Below, one piece after another: positions 20,335-31,355 of a stretch of DNA of 64,000 nt. Source of the stretch: a virus. The stretch spans positions 1 through 64,000 of IMG/VR virus record IMGVR_UViG_3300044960_000113. One strand, given 5' to 3'. Under the pieces are notes generated by a model. That model worked only from the letters and a program-made list of their open reading frames with translations. It had not been told where the DNA came from and ran no database searches. Both the position numbers and the translations under genes were made by a program. The first letter of the stretch is position 1, and each line of letters begins with the position of its first letter.

Positions 20335-20643
20335 TTAATTGCTAATTTTGTTTCCTGTTAAAAGTTCAATAACCATTTCTAATTCTTCAGCTTCCATTTG
20401 TATTTCTGTAAAATTATTATTGTAATACATTTTAACAAGTTGATTAAATTTTTTACCTTTAATACCTAATTTGTCAATTGCTTCATCTCTTAAATTTTTT
20501 ATTGATTCGTTTTCATCAGCTATTCTTGTTTTGCAACGAACAGCTTCATCAATAAAACCTTGAAGTTTTGCTCTATCAGATGGATTATTTAAAATGTCAA
20601 TTAAACTTCTAAACTGTGTTTTTTGTTTTTTAGTGCGTGCCAT
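20335..20643 (-). CDS. dsDNA-binding protein, T4 DsbA-like
   Basis: IDEAVRCKTRI..E.ESIKNLRDEAIDKLGI.GK.FNQLVKMYY pattern. Confidence 0.6.
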   Translation of the reverse strand: MARTKKQKTQFRSLIDILNNPSDRAKLQGFIDEAVRCKTRIADENESIKNLRDEAIDKLGIKGKKFNQLVKMYYNNNFTEIQMEAEELEMVIELLTGNKISN

Positions 20644-20708
20644 AAAATATACTCCTTTTGATTAAGAAAGAAATAAAGAATTTTTTAAAATATATTTAAA
20701 TTTATTTT

Positions 20709-21146
20709 TTAATGAACGTATAATGACCCTATTTCTCCAGGTTCGACAATTATCGTAGACATTAAAAATGATTCAAACCTTTTTCTTTTACCTTTTAAAC
20801 TTGATAATTTTACTATATAAAATTTTAAAAGATCAGTTAAATTCCAATTTTTTGTATGTTCTATTAAATAATTATCTATTATATTATCTGAAATAATAAA
20901 TTTATATCTAGGATTATATTCCCAGATGATTCCATATTGCTTATTTGAAGAATTATTTATTTCTGATAATTTATCTTCTAAAAAAAGATTACATGTATTA
21001 AAACATTCTATATAATCTTCAAATGGCTCAGATAGCATTATTATTTCATATATATTTGGAAAATAAAAACATAAATCATCATTTTGATAATCTTTCGATA
21101 ATGGCATCATCTGAACACTATATCTATAAGTCGTTTTCTTATTCAT
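20709..21146 (-). CDS. hypothetical protein
   Basis: 145-aa ORF in operon. Confidence 0.65.
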   Translation of the reverse strand: MNKKTTYRYSVQMMPLSKDYQNDDLCFYFPNIYEIIMLSEPFEDYIECFNTCNLFLEDKLSEINNSSNKQYGIIWEYNPRYKFIISDNIIDNYLIEHTKNWNLTDLLKFYIVKLSSLKGKRKRFESFLMSTIIVEPGEIGSLYVH

Positions 21147-21161
21147 ATATTATTTGTTATT

Positions 21162-21674
21162 TTAATGCACAAGTGTTTCTTTTTCTTGGTGGATTATGTC
21201 TATTAAATTTTCTTTTCTCGAAATAACAAAAACTTTAATTTCTAATCCATTTTTAATTTTTAAAGGTGATAAAAAATTTGTTTCTTCTTCATTTTCATCA
21301 TAACTGTCATCATCGTTAACAATATCTTCATCATCGTCTTCTGTTTTTTCTTTGTTGTCAATGACTGTTATATATGCTATAGGATTAATGACTTCTTCTA
21401 ATGTATATTCTTTAAAAAGATTAAATAATTTTTCTATTTTACTTGATACTTTATCGTTATTAGGAAAATATTTTTTGTTAAAATAAAATTTAATGTTATA
21501 ATTATTAAAAATTATAGGATCATTTAAAATTTTTGAAAGTTCCCCAAATGCTTCTATATCAGAAATAAAATCATTTGATGCTATTGTTATTTTTTCAAAT
21601 TTATATTTTGGATTATATAATGTATGTATTAAATCACCATATATATTAATTAAATAAAAATATCTCTCATTCAT
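21162..21674 (-). CDS. hypothetical protein with acidic patch
   Basis: 170-aa ORF coupled to upstream stop. Confidence 0.65.
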   Translation of the reverse strand: MNERYFYLINIYGDLIHTLYNPKYKFEKITIASNDFISDIEAFGELSKILNDPIIFNNYNIKFYFNKKYFPNNDKVSSKIEKLFNLFKEYTLEEVINPIAYITVIDNKEKTEDDDEDIVNDDDSYDENEEETNFLSPLKIKNGLEIKVFVISRKENLIDIIHQEKETLVH

Positions 21675-22741
21675 TATACTGGACCTAGTATTTTTTTATT
21701 TTTATAAGTATTTAAAAATTGCACTCCATTTTTATTATTTAAATTATATTTCTCTTGTGTAAATAACCCGCCAATATTTGGAATTCTAATTGGAGGAAAT
21801 GCATCAGAAATTCCAAACTCGCTGATTTCTATTACTAAATCATTATCATTTTTAATCATTCTAATATTTGCAACATCATTTATTATTTTATTACAATCAC
21901 CATAATATGTAAATATTCTATCTGTTATATTCCATGGTTTATTTCCTAATAAAAGCATTATATTTGATATTGTTGAATTCACGACAGAATTTAGTGTTAA
22001 TGAAGTATTTACATCAATAACCAATTCTGTTGAATTGCATGTATACAAAAAATACGTTTGATTTCTAAATACAATTTTATTCACATTACCCCATACAGAA
22101 GATATATTTCCGCCAAGTGTATTTCTATTAAATGTTAAAGTTTTTTGAAATACTGGTAATTCTGGAGACACAATAACAATAATCGAAGAATCCTCTAATA
22201 TAGGAGGTGAAAATAATATTGTATGTGTTGAAACATTTCTATTCCAATCTGTTCCTTCAATTACTTCTATACCATTTACAAATACTCTAATATTATCTGT
22301 TAAAGTAAATCGTAAAAGTTTTTTTTCTGGTGTATCATCTAAACCATTGACTTGAGATATTGGCTGATTTTTATTATAAACATATTCTTTATATTCGGTT
22401 GATTTAGATTTTACAACATTAAAAATTAAATCTATACTAGGAACATTATCTATAGATGCTAGAGTTATTTCATTATTTTCACCACTAGATAATGATATAA
22501 ATTTTTCTTCTTTAATTTCTTGTGTTACAATATTTTTTGTTCCTCTAGGACGCCAATCTTCTAATCCTGCGACAGAAGAATGTAAAATTCGTCTTTTAAC
22601 ATTTTGTTCATTTATTTTTTGAAGAGTTCCTCGACATCCTAGTGTTATTGTACACTTGGGAACAAAAAACCTCTTAATATCATTTTCTAATATTATTGTT
22701 CTTTTACATGTGTCACATTTATATTCTGAAAAGTTTTTCAT
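21674..22741 (-). CDS. hypothetical protein with N-terminal Cys cluster (CxxC...C..C); possibly structural
   Basis: YKCDTCKR...KCTITLGCRG; beta-rich RVFVNG segment. Confidence 0.65.
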   Translation of the reverse strand: MKNFSEYKCDTCKRTIILENDIKRFFVPKCTITLGCRGTLQKINEQNVKRRILHSSVAGLEDWRPRGTKNIVTQEIKEEKFISLSSGENNEITLASIDNVPSIDLIFNVVKSKSTEYKEYVYNKNQPISQVNGLDDTPEKKLLRFTLTDNIRVFVNGIEVIEGTDWNRNVSTHTILFSPPILEDSSIIVIVSPELPVFQKTLTFNRNTLGGNISSVWGNVNKIVFRNQTYFLYTCNSTELVIDVNTSLTLNSVVNSTISNIMLLLGNKPWNITDRIFTYYGDCNKIINDVANIRMIKNDNDLVIEISEFGISDAFPPIRIPNIGGLFTQEKYNLNNKNGVQFLNTYKNKKILGPV

Positions 22742-22983
22742 TCTTGTTTAACAACCTTTCTATAATTACGTAAAATAATATCAACATCTTGGCAATTATA
22801 TGATTCTCCATTTTTATAGTTAATAACTTTTATACAAGAATTATCACTACTTTTAATAACAACTTCTGGTAGTGAATAATATTCTTTTATTATATTATTT
22901 ATTTCAATACCACTTATTGTCAAAATACATATTAATAATGCAACAAATGCTAATTGTTTAGTTGAAACAATATGATATGACAT
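22738..22983 (-). CDS. small membrane-anchored hypothetical protein
   Basis: N-terminal hydrophobic segment, GGAGG SD, ATGA overlap. Confidence 0.7.
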   Translation of the reverse strand: MSYHIVSTKQLAFVALLICILTISGIEINNIIKEYYSLPEVVIKSSDNSCIKVINYKNGESYNCQDVDIILRNYRKVVKQE

Positions 22984-23407
22984 TTTTAATCCTCCATTAA
23001 TAAATATTTTTCTTCAACATTCATATTAAAAATTGTATACAATTCAGATTGTTTTATCCATTTTGACCAAGTTAAATCTTTATCTATATAGATTTTATTT
23101 CACAACAAATACAAAATTTGGATACATTTTAAAATAAATTTTCCATATAAATTTGTATAAACTATATAAACATATACAAAACTTATAAAAAATACCAACC
23201 AAACTAGTTGATGATTGAAAAATTTTAAAAATCGATTAATCTGGAATTTGAACTCTATATTTTAATTTCGAGTTTTAAACCCAAGAATGCAATTTCTCCC
23301 ATGTTTTCACCAAAGGTATCTCGGTTTCCTTCTATGGTCTACAAGTTAAACGTACAAACGTACTTTAGTTCTATCATAAACATACGTATTTAAAATATTT
23401 AATTTCA

Positions 23408-24022
23408 TTATTTTTCTAACGCATAATTTATTAATAAACGAATACTTTTTGCTAATTCAATTGTGTATTCAACATCTTGTAATGGATCGTGTTCATTTCT
23501 ATTTTCTAATCCTATTAATTTAAATAAATCATTTGATTTAAATTTGTTAAATGCTATCAATCCGGCAGAAGAAGTATCTAATTTAACATGATGAATTTTA
23601 AACATTATATCATATGGTTCTAATAATTGTTTCGTAAATGCTATATCAAAATCAACATTGTGCCCCAAAATTAAAACTTTTGGTGTTATGCCAAAATACG
23701 TTAATACAAAATTTCCTAAATCTATTGCTGCTTCTTCTTGTGTTTTGCCATTTTTATCAAGAAATTCGCGTGTTAAACCATGAATTTTTTCTGCATCATT
23801 TGACCATTTATATTTTTTATTATCAAATTTAATATATCGTTTCATTTTATCAACAATTGAAAAATCATCAGTATTGAAAACTGCTGCACCAAATGCAATA
23901 CCTTGATAATCAATACTAGAATCTCCATCAAAATTAGATCCACTTGTTTCCCAATCAATACATAATCCATATTTTGGGATAAATCCAGATTTTGTATAAA
24001 CGGTTCCAAATAAATTAGACAT
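23408..24022 (-). CDS. DEDDh 3'-5' exonuclease (DnaQ/RNase T-like)
   Basis: CIDWETSG, IHGL, GHNVDFD, EHDPLQD. Confidence 0.85.
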   Translation of the reverse strand: MSNLFGTVYTKSGFIPKYGLCIDWETSGSNFDGDSSIDYQGIAFGAAVFNTDDFSIVDKMKRYIKFDNKKYKWSNDAEKIHGLTREFLDKNGKTQEEAAIDLGNFVLTYFGITPKVLILGHNVDFDIAFTKQLLEPYDIMFKIHHVKLDTSSAGLIAFNKFKSNDLFKLIGLENRNEHDPLQDVEYTIELAKSIRLLINYALEK

Positions 24023-24070
24023 AATTTATTATTTTATAAAAATTTGGTTAAACTTGTATTATAATCAAAG

Positions 24071-24718
24071 TTATATTACTTTTGAATTAAGTAATTCATT
24101 AATATAATTTATACAAATTTGTACACGTTCATTTAAAGTATCAGATTTTAAATGCAATATTGGTAAATTAAAACATAACTTATTTGATGTTAATTTATCA
24201 ATTATAAAATTATGAATATTATCACGTGAAGCTAAATCTGCCCTATTTGGATCTTTTTCAAATTCAATATTATCTAATGGATAAACAAGAATTAAACCAC
24301 TATATAAAGACATCATTTCACAACATCTTTCAAAATAATTTTTATACCAAGAATGTAAATCTAAAATATCAGCTTCTGAAATATTTTTATTTAAACATAA
24401 ACGGGTAACCCATTCTTTTGCATATGCTGCAATATCTAAATATGAACGTTCAGTTATAGAAATAGATTTATTAGATGACAATAAAATATTGTAATCTGAT
24501 TTACGTTTTTCTTTTAAAATCAATTCTTGAAATTGTTTCATTTTTGGGATAGTTTCATAAGCTTCATCTAATTTTGAATATCCTAATTTTTCTTGACATG
24601 TTCTAGACACTTTAAAAGTATCTTCATATATAAAATTTGAATACATATCTGATAGTTTTTTTATAGTGCTTGATTTACCAGTACCATGAGTACCGCAGAA
24701 TGCTATAAGTTTTGTCAT
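24071..24718 (-). CDS. P-loop nucleotide kinase/NTPase (AAA_28/NadR-like)
   Basis: GTHGTGKS, ITERSYLD. Confidence 0.75.
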   Translation of the reverse strand: MTKLIAFCGTHGTGKSSTIKKLSDMYSNFIYEDTFKVSRTCQEKLGYSKLDEAYETIPKMKQFQELILKEKRKSDYNILLSSNKSISITERSYLDIAAYAKEWVTRLCLNKNISEADILDLHSWYKNYFERCCEMMSLYSGLILVYPLDNIEFEKDPNRADLASRDNIHNFIIDKLTSNKLCFNLPILHLKSDTLNERVQICINYINELLNSKVI

Positions 24719-24786
24719 ATGTTTTTAGTATAAAATATTTCTATTGTTTGCTATTATAATACATTCTAATGATTAAGTACATTGTT

Positions 24787-25555
24787 TTAAATATTTATTT
24801 CAAAAAAATTATAATAAGATTCATATACTCGATAAATAGCATCAATATTTTTAAAATATTGTTCGGGTTTTTTTGTAAATCGTTCACTATTAGTACTAAA
24901 TTTTTTATCAACGTTAAATTTAAATCTTAAATATTCATCTGGGTTATTTTCAAAATCTTCGAAATATATAATCGGGACTTCTTTAAACATTATATTTTTA
25001 TATCTAAATGCTTTAACCATAAAAAATAAATCTTTTTTAAGTGTGTTAATATTAATTGTTATTTTATTAGATTTTAAATTTTCTTGTATATTTTTGGATA
25101 TATCTGGTGATGTTACTTGCCAAATCTTTAAATGATCACATATATATCTTGATAATAATGCTGATAATTTATTTTTTCGTTCTAATCGAATTAATTGAAT
25201 ATTGTCTGCTTTTAATTTTGTAGTTAATTCAGAATATTCATTTATATATATCAAAAACTTTAAATACTCCATATATGTTATTTAATGCTAATTTATTTAA
25301 TATATCTATTCTATTATTAAATTCTATTTTTGGATTTAAATTACGTATAATATCTAAAAAATTATGCTTGATATCTAAAATTTCTAAATTATTTTTATTT
25401 AATTTAAATATATGAGTGTTATGCAAGTTTAACATTTCATAAAAGTTTTGTTTATTAAATGCATAACATAAAAATTCTTGAAGAATTGTAGATCCAGTTC
25501 TTGGATAACTTAATATACCAATATGTTTATTTGGTTCAATTATTATAGTATTCAT
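24787..25555 (-). pseudogene. Stf0-like sulfotransferase split into two ORFs (25238-25555 and 24787-25272) by a frameshift
   Basis: 5' half has PAPS-binding SYPRTGST; 3' half has LIRLERKNKLSALLSRYI..W and IYFEDF; one extra AT in the run at 25243-25251 fuses them into 256 aa. Confidence 0.65.
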
Positions 25556-26231
25556 AGAACTGTTTCTTTAACCAATCAAAATTATTAATTAACATCAATT
25601 TTTCTTTTTCATTTTTATTTTCTAATCCATATTTTTTACCGGCATTTGCACCATCTATAACAAATTGGCCAAATTTTTTATCATTACCAACTGTACACCA
25701 AATATTTAATCTATGTTCTGTTTCATGATCTATTTGTCCATTTATAGATTTACTTGCTAATTTAACACATTCTCTAAATGCACCTCGCCAAGCGTGAAAT
25801 GGGCTAGAATTAAAATTTGTAATACTTGCTATATCATTATGAATATAAAGACCATCTGAAATATTACTAGTAACATCTATTAATGTTTTATTATTATTTT
25901 GTATTTTAAAAAAATTTTTAGATAATATCTTTACACCACCATAACCATAATCTAAATCATTTACTGGATTTTTACTTCTCCAAACATGTGTTAAATTACG
26001 TATACCAACAGGTGGTTTATATGAAAAATCAAAATTTGGTAATATTTCTGCATCACCATCTATAACATAAAATAATTGTGTGTTTGATATTTCAGCAGCT
26101 TTTTTATGAGCATTAAATATTCCATTTATTCCATGCACACGCTTTGCATTTTGAAAAACAGAAACAAGTTTATTCCAATTTTCATCTGCATTTGGTTCAT
26201 CATATGAAATAAAAATAACATCCATCATCAT
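25536..26231 (-). CDS. GT-A fold glycosyltransferase-like protein
   Basis: DVIFISYDE, AHKKAA, VIDGD (DxD), YGYGGVK. Confidence 0.7.
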   Translation of the reverse strand: MMMDVIFISYDEPNADENWNKLVSVFQNAKRVHGINGIFNAHKKAAEISNTQLFYVIDGDAEILPNFDFSYKPPVGIRNLTHVWRSKNPVNDLDYGYGGVKILSKNFFKIQNNNKTLIDVTSNISDGLYIHNDIASITNFNSSPFHAWRGAFRECVKLASKSINGQIDHETEHRLNIWCTVGNDKKFGQFVIDGANAGKKYGLENKNEKEKLMLINNFDWLKKQFYEYYNN

Positions 26232-27619
26232 AGTGTAATATCTCTACATTCATAAAAATAATTTTCTAATTCTGGAAATGTTTCAACGAAATTTGTTTTT
26301 CTTCTTTTATCAGCTTCTGTATAATATAAATAAAAATCTTTCATTAATGTTTTTTCTGGTTCTTTAGAATTCATATATGCACACAATCTATCTATTTGAT
26401 CTATTTCTTCTAAATAAAACATACCAATTTTTTTATTATCTGAATTAGATCTAACAAAATCTTTCCATTCTTCTGTGTATTTCTTTTTTAATTCATTTGG
26501 CAATTGTGTAACAGATATAAATGGTGGATGTCTTAAATATGGTATATTAATGCTTACTCTATTATAAGCATTTGTTATGTTATGTTTTTGTCTTAATTTT
26601 AATATAAATTCTAAAAATTTTTTAAAACTTGGTGATCCTAATAAATTAGCTGTTACCATAAAATTAATTCTTGCTCTTTTATCTGTCATTTCTAAATATG
26701 TTTCTATATTTTTACAAAATAACGTCCAATCCATACCATATCTTATATATTCACATTGTTTTTCTATTGATTCAGCGCTAGTAAATAACATAAATGCTTT
26801 TACCTTATTATTTTTAATAATATCATTTGAGTATGATATTAATTTAAGAACTAAATCATGTGGAATTCCCATATTACTATTAATAGCAAATGTTAATTCT
26901 TTTCTTGGATTGTCTTTGATATAATCTAATATTTTCCATGTATTTTCTGATAATAATGGTTCTCCACCAGTTATTCTAAATGTATGTAAATCATTGTATA
27001 AAGTTGGCCACCATTTCCAAAATGCTTCAATATATGGATTATATTCCTTATGATGAATTGGAAATCTTCCAATTCTTTTTAGATAATCTAAATTATGTAA
27101 TTCATATTCTGATAATTTGTATGGCCCATGATGTTGTATTTCTTCCATCCATCTAGATGAAATATCTGGCATACAATATGTGCATTTAAAATTACATATA
27201 TTTTCAAACGCTATTTCCATATATGTTGGATTAATGTTTTCACCCAATTTAGAATCTAAAACTTTATAAAAATATGGAGCAGCCCAACTACTAGAACTTT
27301 TATATATTCTATCACTTATTGTTTTTTCTGGAAGATTTTCAATATTCCAACAATATTGACATTCTTTAGTTTGAATACCTTCCAACATTTCTTTTCTAGC
27401 AAAAATTTTTATTGGCGTATTATGTAGTGAATTAGGGTTATTTAATAAATCATTTTCATCTATTTTATGCGAAGTTGGATGATGACACGAATGTGTTGTT
27501 CCATTATATAAATTAGTAGTAACTTGTAACCATTTCGCTAAACAAAATGTTGGTGACACAGAATCTAATTTTTCTTTAAATTTTTTAACTTTGTCTAGGT
27601 GTTCTTTATTTGATAACAT
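26228..27619 (-). CDS. radical SAM protein with N-terminal twitch/SPASM-like Cys region
   Basis: CNFKCTYC (CxxxCxxC), TGGEP; N-terminal FCLAKW..HSCHHP..ECQYCW. Confidence 0.9.
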   Translation of the reverse strand: MLSNKEHLDKVKKFKEKLDSVSPTFCLAKWLQVTTNLYNGTTHSCHHPTSHKIDENDLLNNPNSLHNTPIKIFARKEMLEGIQTKECQYCWNIENLPEKTISDRIYKSSSSWAAPYFYKVLDSKLGENINPTYMEIAFENICNFKCTYCMPDISSRWMEEIQHHGPYKLSEYELHNLDYLKRIGRFPIHHKEYNPYIEAFWKWWPTLYNDLHTFRITGGEPLLSENTWKILDYIKDNPRKELTFAINSNMGIPHDLVLKLISYSNDIIKNNKVKAFMLFTSAESIEKQCEYIRYGMDWTLFCKNIETYLEMTDKRARINFMVTANLLGSPSFKKFLEFILKLRQKHNITNAYNRVSINIPYLRHPPFISVTQLPNELKKKYTEEWKDFVRSNSDNKKIGMFYLEEIDQIDRLCAYMNSKEPEKTLMKDFYLYYTEADKRRKTNFVETFPELENYFYECRDITL

Positions 27620-28590
27620 TATTTTACTCCATTATCGGCCTCAAATTCTGTTGTTAATATTCCGGTGCGTCTTGGATTTTCATAAACGTATTTAAAAAAT
27701 TTACTTTGGTTTTCATCTAATAATGCAATATCTAATCCAGTGTGTTTTTGTATATTTTCACCTATTTTAATAATTTCTTTTATTAATAAATCTTTTGACC
27801 ATGAATATTTAGTATATTTACAATAATAATCTTTTCCAATAAATTTATCTTTAATTTCATTATTCCAAAAATCTTTAAACCAATCATAATTACTTATTGA
27901 GCTTATATCCCAATCTGTCAAATTGGCCATATATAAACCAAGCCTTGAACCATATATAGACCATAAACCATTTTCAACATCTGCACCAACAGACATCCAA
28001 ATTATTAACCTTTTAAGATTTTTTTCATGTATCGTTGTTTTAATGAGATTTGGTGGTATTTTTTTACCCCTATCAAGGGACATTTTTACACCTTCTCTCA
28101 TACCCGCTCTAAATGCTTGAAATGGTGAACCATTTGGATATGTTGTTGAATATATATTATTTAATTGGATATATTTTTTATCCCAACAAAAATCAACAGT
28201 TTCTTCATCTCGTTCTGCATTTTCGTGTGTTTTCATATTTAAAACGAAATCTTTTGTCCAAAGTTTTAAACCACCATTTCCATAAACTAAACCATTAATA
28301 AAATTTTTACCAGCCCACGAAAAAACACAGTCATTATATATTTCTGGAATATTTATTTTATTTTCTAAAAATTTTTCATCTATTAAATTATCACCATCTA
28401 CTGTAATAAATCTATCTGTTTCAGATTGATTTGCACATGCTTTATGAGCATTATCAAAACCTTTTACACCATGAACACGTTTAGCCCATGGTGCAAAATT
28501 TAAAAGATTTGCCCAAAATTCTTCACATCTTGGTTCATCATATGATATGAAAAAAATATCAAATTCTGTCATATTATATTCTTTACTCAT
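27619..28590 (-). CDS. GT-A fold glycosyltransferase-like protein (paralogue of 25536-26231)
   Basis: DIFFISYDE, RVHGVKG..NAHK, TVDGD, YGNGGLK, FQAFRAGMREGVK. Confidence 0.7.
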   Translation of the reverse strand: MSKEYNMTEFDIFFISYDEPRCEEFWANLLNFAPWAKRVHGVKGFDNAHKACANQSETDRFITVDGDNLIDEKFLENKINIPEIYNDCVFSWAGKNFINGLVYGNGGLKLWTKDFVLNMKTHENAERDEETVDFCWDKKYIQLNNIYSTTYPNGSPFQAFRAGMREGVKMSLDRGKKIPPNLIKTTIHEKNLKRLIIWMSVGADVENGLWSIYGSRLGLYMANLTDWDISSISNYDWFKDFWNNEIKDKFIGKDYYCKYTKYSWSKDLLIKEIIKIGENIQKHTGLDIALLDENQSKFFKYVYENPRRTGILTTEFEADNGVK

Positions 28591-29146
28591 TTAAAAACTC
28601 CATATAATAATTATTAAATATTCTTTTTGTAAATATTGAATATTGATCACGTATATAATCTATATTAAATGTATTATCATTTAATTTATCTAAATAAATA
28701 ATACGTAATAAATTAGACGGATCATTTTTACCAGTTATATAAAAGCATATAGGTTCTTTAATTAAATCTTTTATTTCATTAGAAATAAAAATTTTAATTT
28801 TTTTTGATTTTTTATAAAATATTAATTTTATATCAACAGAACTAAATTTTTTATTTACATTATTTTCAATTATTTCTACTAAAGGTAATGTGTCTATTAA
28901 ATTGATCGCTTTTTCAACTTTTTTAATAGCCATTTCTTTTTCTAATAATGAATATTTATTATCATATGATTTAAAAACAATCAATGATTTATATGATTTT
29001 TTACCTATTAAAATATCATTGGCTAATGATTCATCAATTTCAAAACACACAGTATATTTAGTATCTGTATCTCTTGATTTTTTTACAGGAGATATTCTTA
29101 AAATTTTATTGATTTTAGTATCATAAAAACAATAATATTTAGACAC
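28583..29146 (-). CDS. hypothetical protein
   Basis: 187-aa ORF overlapping neighbours. Confidence 0.7.
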   Translation of the reverse strand: MSKYYCFYDTKINKILRISPVKKSRDTDTKYTVCFEIDESLANDILIGKKSYKSLIVFKSYDNKYSLLEKEMAIKKVEKAINLIDTLPLVEIIENNVNKKFSSVDIKLIFYKKSKKIKIFISNEIKDLIKEPICFYITGKNDPSNLLRIIYLDKLNDNTFNIDYIRDQYSIFTKRIFNNYYMEFLNE

Positions 29147-29996
29147 CTAATTTTTTCTCCATATAATAAATTTTTTCGTCTGTTAAAAAATTCTTTACAT
29201 AATAATGTAAAGGATATATTTGTAAATAGTTTCCTATTTTGCATATACATTCTGGCGTAAAATATACTGGTATCATTTTTGTCCAGTCTTCATTTGAATA
29301 AATATCATCTGGCCAATTTTGCATTTTTGTTTTCATATGCACGAAAGTTGGCATCAAAATATTTCTATTATGATTTAATTCTTCAAATTCTAATATTTTA
29401 GCAGCTATAGCAAAAACAACATCTGTACTAACATAATGTGGTCTATGAATTGGTTCTAAAAATTCTTCAAAAAATTTCTGCCAATTATTAAATATCAATT
29501 CTGATAATTTAAAAAATTCAAAAACTTTATCTGTTTTCTTAAAATAAAAAAATGCAGAATATACATTAGGTAAATTATTTTCAACAAAAACTTTTCTATA
29601 ATATGTTGATGTAGCTTTTTCGTTTCTATATGTTAAAACGTCCGTTGTGAATACAGCTTCATTTCCTTCTAATATAGACCACCAATTAGTTATGTCTGTA
29701 AAGAAAAGCATATCTGCATCTAATTTTATTGTTTCATCATATGGAGACATATAAATGGATTTCCATTCATTTTCGAGTTTCCATTTTGATTTTTTTGCAT
29801 CATCTTTCCATGGTATTTCGACTATTTCATCGAATACCATTTTATATTTTGATGGTATTTTTTTGATTTCTTGTTTTGTTACACCTATTGATAAATTTGA
29901 ATATTTTTTTTGACTTAATTTTAATGACAATGCAAGACCATATGCCATTCGTTGGTATTGCTTTCCTTGAGCAATAGTAAAAAATCCCTTACTCAT
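29139..29996 (-). CDS. glycosyltransferase-like protein (GT8-like DxD)
   Basis: SPYDETIKLDADMLF. Confidence 0.65.
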   Translation of the reverse strand: MSKGFFTIAQGKQYQRMAYGLALSLKLSQKKYSNLSIGVTKQEIKKIPSKYKMVFDEIVEIPWKDDAKKSKWKLENEWKSIYMSPYDETIKLDADMLFFTDITNWWSILEGNEAVFTTDVLTYRNEKATSTYYRKVFVENNLPNVYSAFFYFKKTDKVFEFFKLSELIFNNWQKFFEEFLEPIHRPHYVSTDVVFAIAAKILEFEELNHNRNILMPTFVHMKTKMQNWPDDIYSNEDWTKMIPVYFTPECICKIGNYLQIYPLHYYVKNFLTDEKIYYMEKKLGV

Positions 29997-30885
29997 TTAT
30001 AACTCTCATTATATTATCAAAATTATTTAATATAGACAGTTTATTCATACAATGAATGTTTATTCCTTTTATTGTAGATGCGTAAAATTTCCATTTTTCT
30101 TTCATATCATTAACAAATACACATATTTCATTTTTATTTTTAAATTTATATAATTGATCTTGATCAGTTAATGTTAATAATGGCCCACCAGGTAATGGTT
30201 TAATTTCATCATTTTCTAGAAAACCATTTAATACATGTAATGCTATAGAAAATGCATAATCATTTCTAAATAAACTACCAGGAAAGTCATAAACTAATTT
30301 ATAAAATTCCCAATGATTTTTAATATGTTCAACAAAATCAAATAAAAGTTTAACCCTTGGCGTTTTCTTGAAATAAATGGCAGTTGCCCAAAACATTTTA
30401 ATTCCATATGGATTTAATCTAAATTCTGGGCCAGTAAGTTTTTCATAATGTAAATTTATTGCATCTGAATTTATTAAAATATCCTCTTCACAACCCCATA
30501 TTGTATTCAAAACATCATTTAAAACAAAATAATCAACATCTAACAAAAGTGTTTCATCATATGGTGATAATTTATATATTTCAGATCTGGATTTATTTTT
30601 AAATTCTGCATTTATTGAGTGATATTGTGTATCTCTATATACTCGAATATTTTTATTATTTAAAATTGAATCATCATTAAATATGATAATATTATCAAAA
30701 ATTGATTCAAATTGTTTTTGATTATTTTTAAAATAATCCCATCCAATACTGTAATCATCAGTAATTATTGATATGGGAATCCCATGCATATTTTTATTAA
30801 CAAGACTTCCAGCAAGATGTACTAATTTTAAGTAATCAATACGATCATTATTGATAGCAAAAAAAACTATTCCACGTTTTGACAT
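29989..30885 (-). CDS. glycosyltransferase-like protein (paralogue of 29139-29996)
   Basis: SPYDETLLLDVDYFV; FRNDYAFSIA. Confidence 0.65.
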   Translation of the reverse strand: MSKRGIVFFAINNDRIDYLKLVHLAGSLVNKNMHGIPISIITDDYSIGWDYFKNNQKQFESIFDNIIIFNDDSILNNKNIRVYRDTQYHSINAEFKNKSRSEIYKLSPYDETLLLDVDYFVLNDVLNTIWGCEEDILINSDAINLHYEKLTGPEFRLNPYGIKMFWATAIYFKKTPRVKLLFDFVEHIKNHWEFYKLVYDFPGSLFRNDYAFSIALHVLNGFLENDEIKPLPGGPLLTLTDQDQLYKFKNKNEICVFVNDMKEKWKFYASTIKGINIHCMNKLSILNNFDNIMRVINE

Positions 30886-30891
30886 ATATTA

Positions 30892-31266
30892 TCACCAAGT
30901 AACAACTTTTGATGTAGTTCTAGCTGATTTTAATCTATTATATTCTTTTAAATGTTCATCCATTCCAGCATTATATAATTCTACTAATTCTTCTAAAAAG
31001 TTTTTTAGATTATCTATTTTTATTGGGTTATCGTTATTATCTAATAACACTGCTTCTTGTTTGTTTAAATTTAATAATGCTGAAACAAATGAAATTAAAT
31101 CTCTATCGGCAGTAAATATACCACCATTAATTGAAAATGTTAAATCACTTTTAAGTTTTAATTTAGATGCATTTTTTTGTAATTGTAAAGTTACTCTATA
31201 GTTAGATGCTTCTAATGCAGCAGCTAATCTTTCATCTATAGCATTCATTGTAGTAGTATCTGACAT
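30892..31266 (-). CDS. hypothetical protein
   Basis: 124-aa ORF with AAGGA SD. Confidence 0.75.
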   Translation of the reverse strand: MSDTTTMNAIDERLAAALEASNYRVTLQLQKNASKLKLKSDLTFSINGGIFTADRDLISFVSALLNLNKQEAVLLDNNDNPIKIDNLKNFLEELVELYNAGMDEHLKEYNRLKSARTTSKVVTW

Positions 31267-31295
31267 ATTATTATCCTTTATAAAATATAAAAATA

Positions 31296-31328
31296 TTTAT
31301 GGCTAAGATTTTCATTCTTAGCCATAAA
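31296..31328 (-). terminator. probable intrinsic terminator downstream of 31356-32645
   Basis: perfect 13-bp stem TTTATGGCTAAGA/TCTTAGCCATAAA with 7-nt loop and T-rich tail on minus strand. Confidence 0.7.
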
Positions 31329-31355
31329 ATTCTAAAAATTTATTTTTAATATTTT

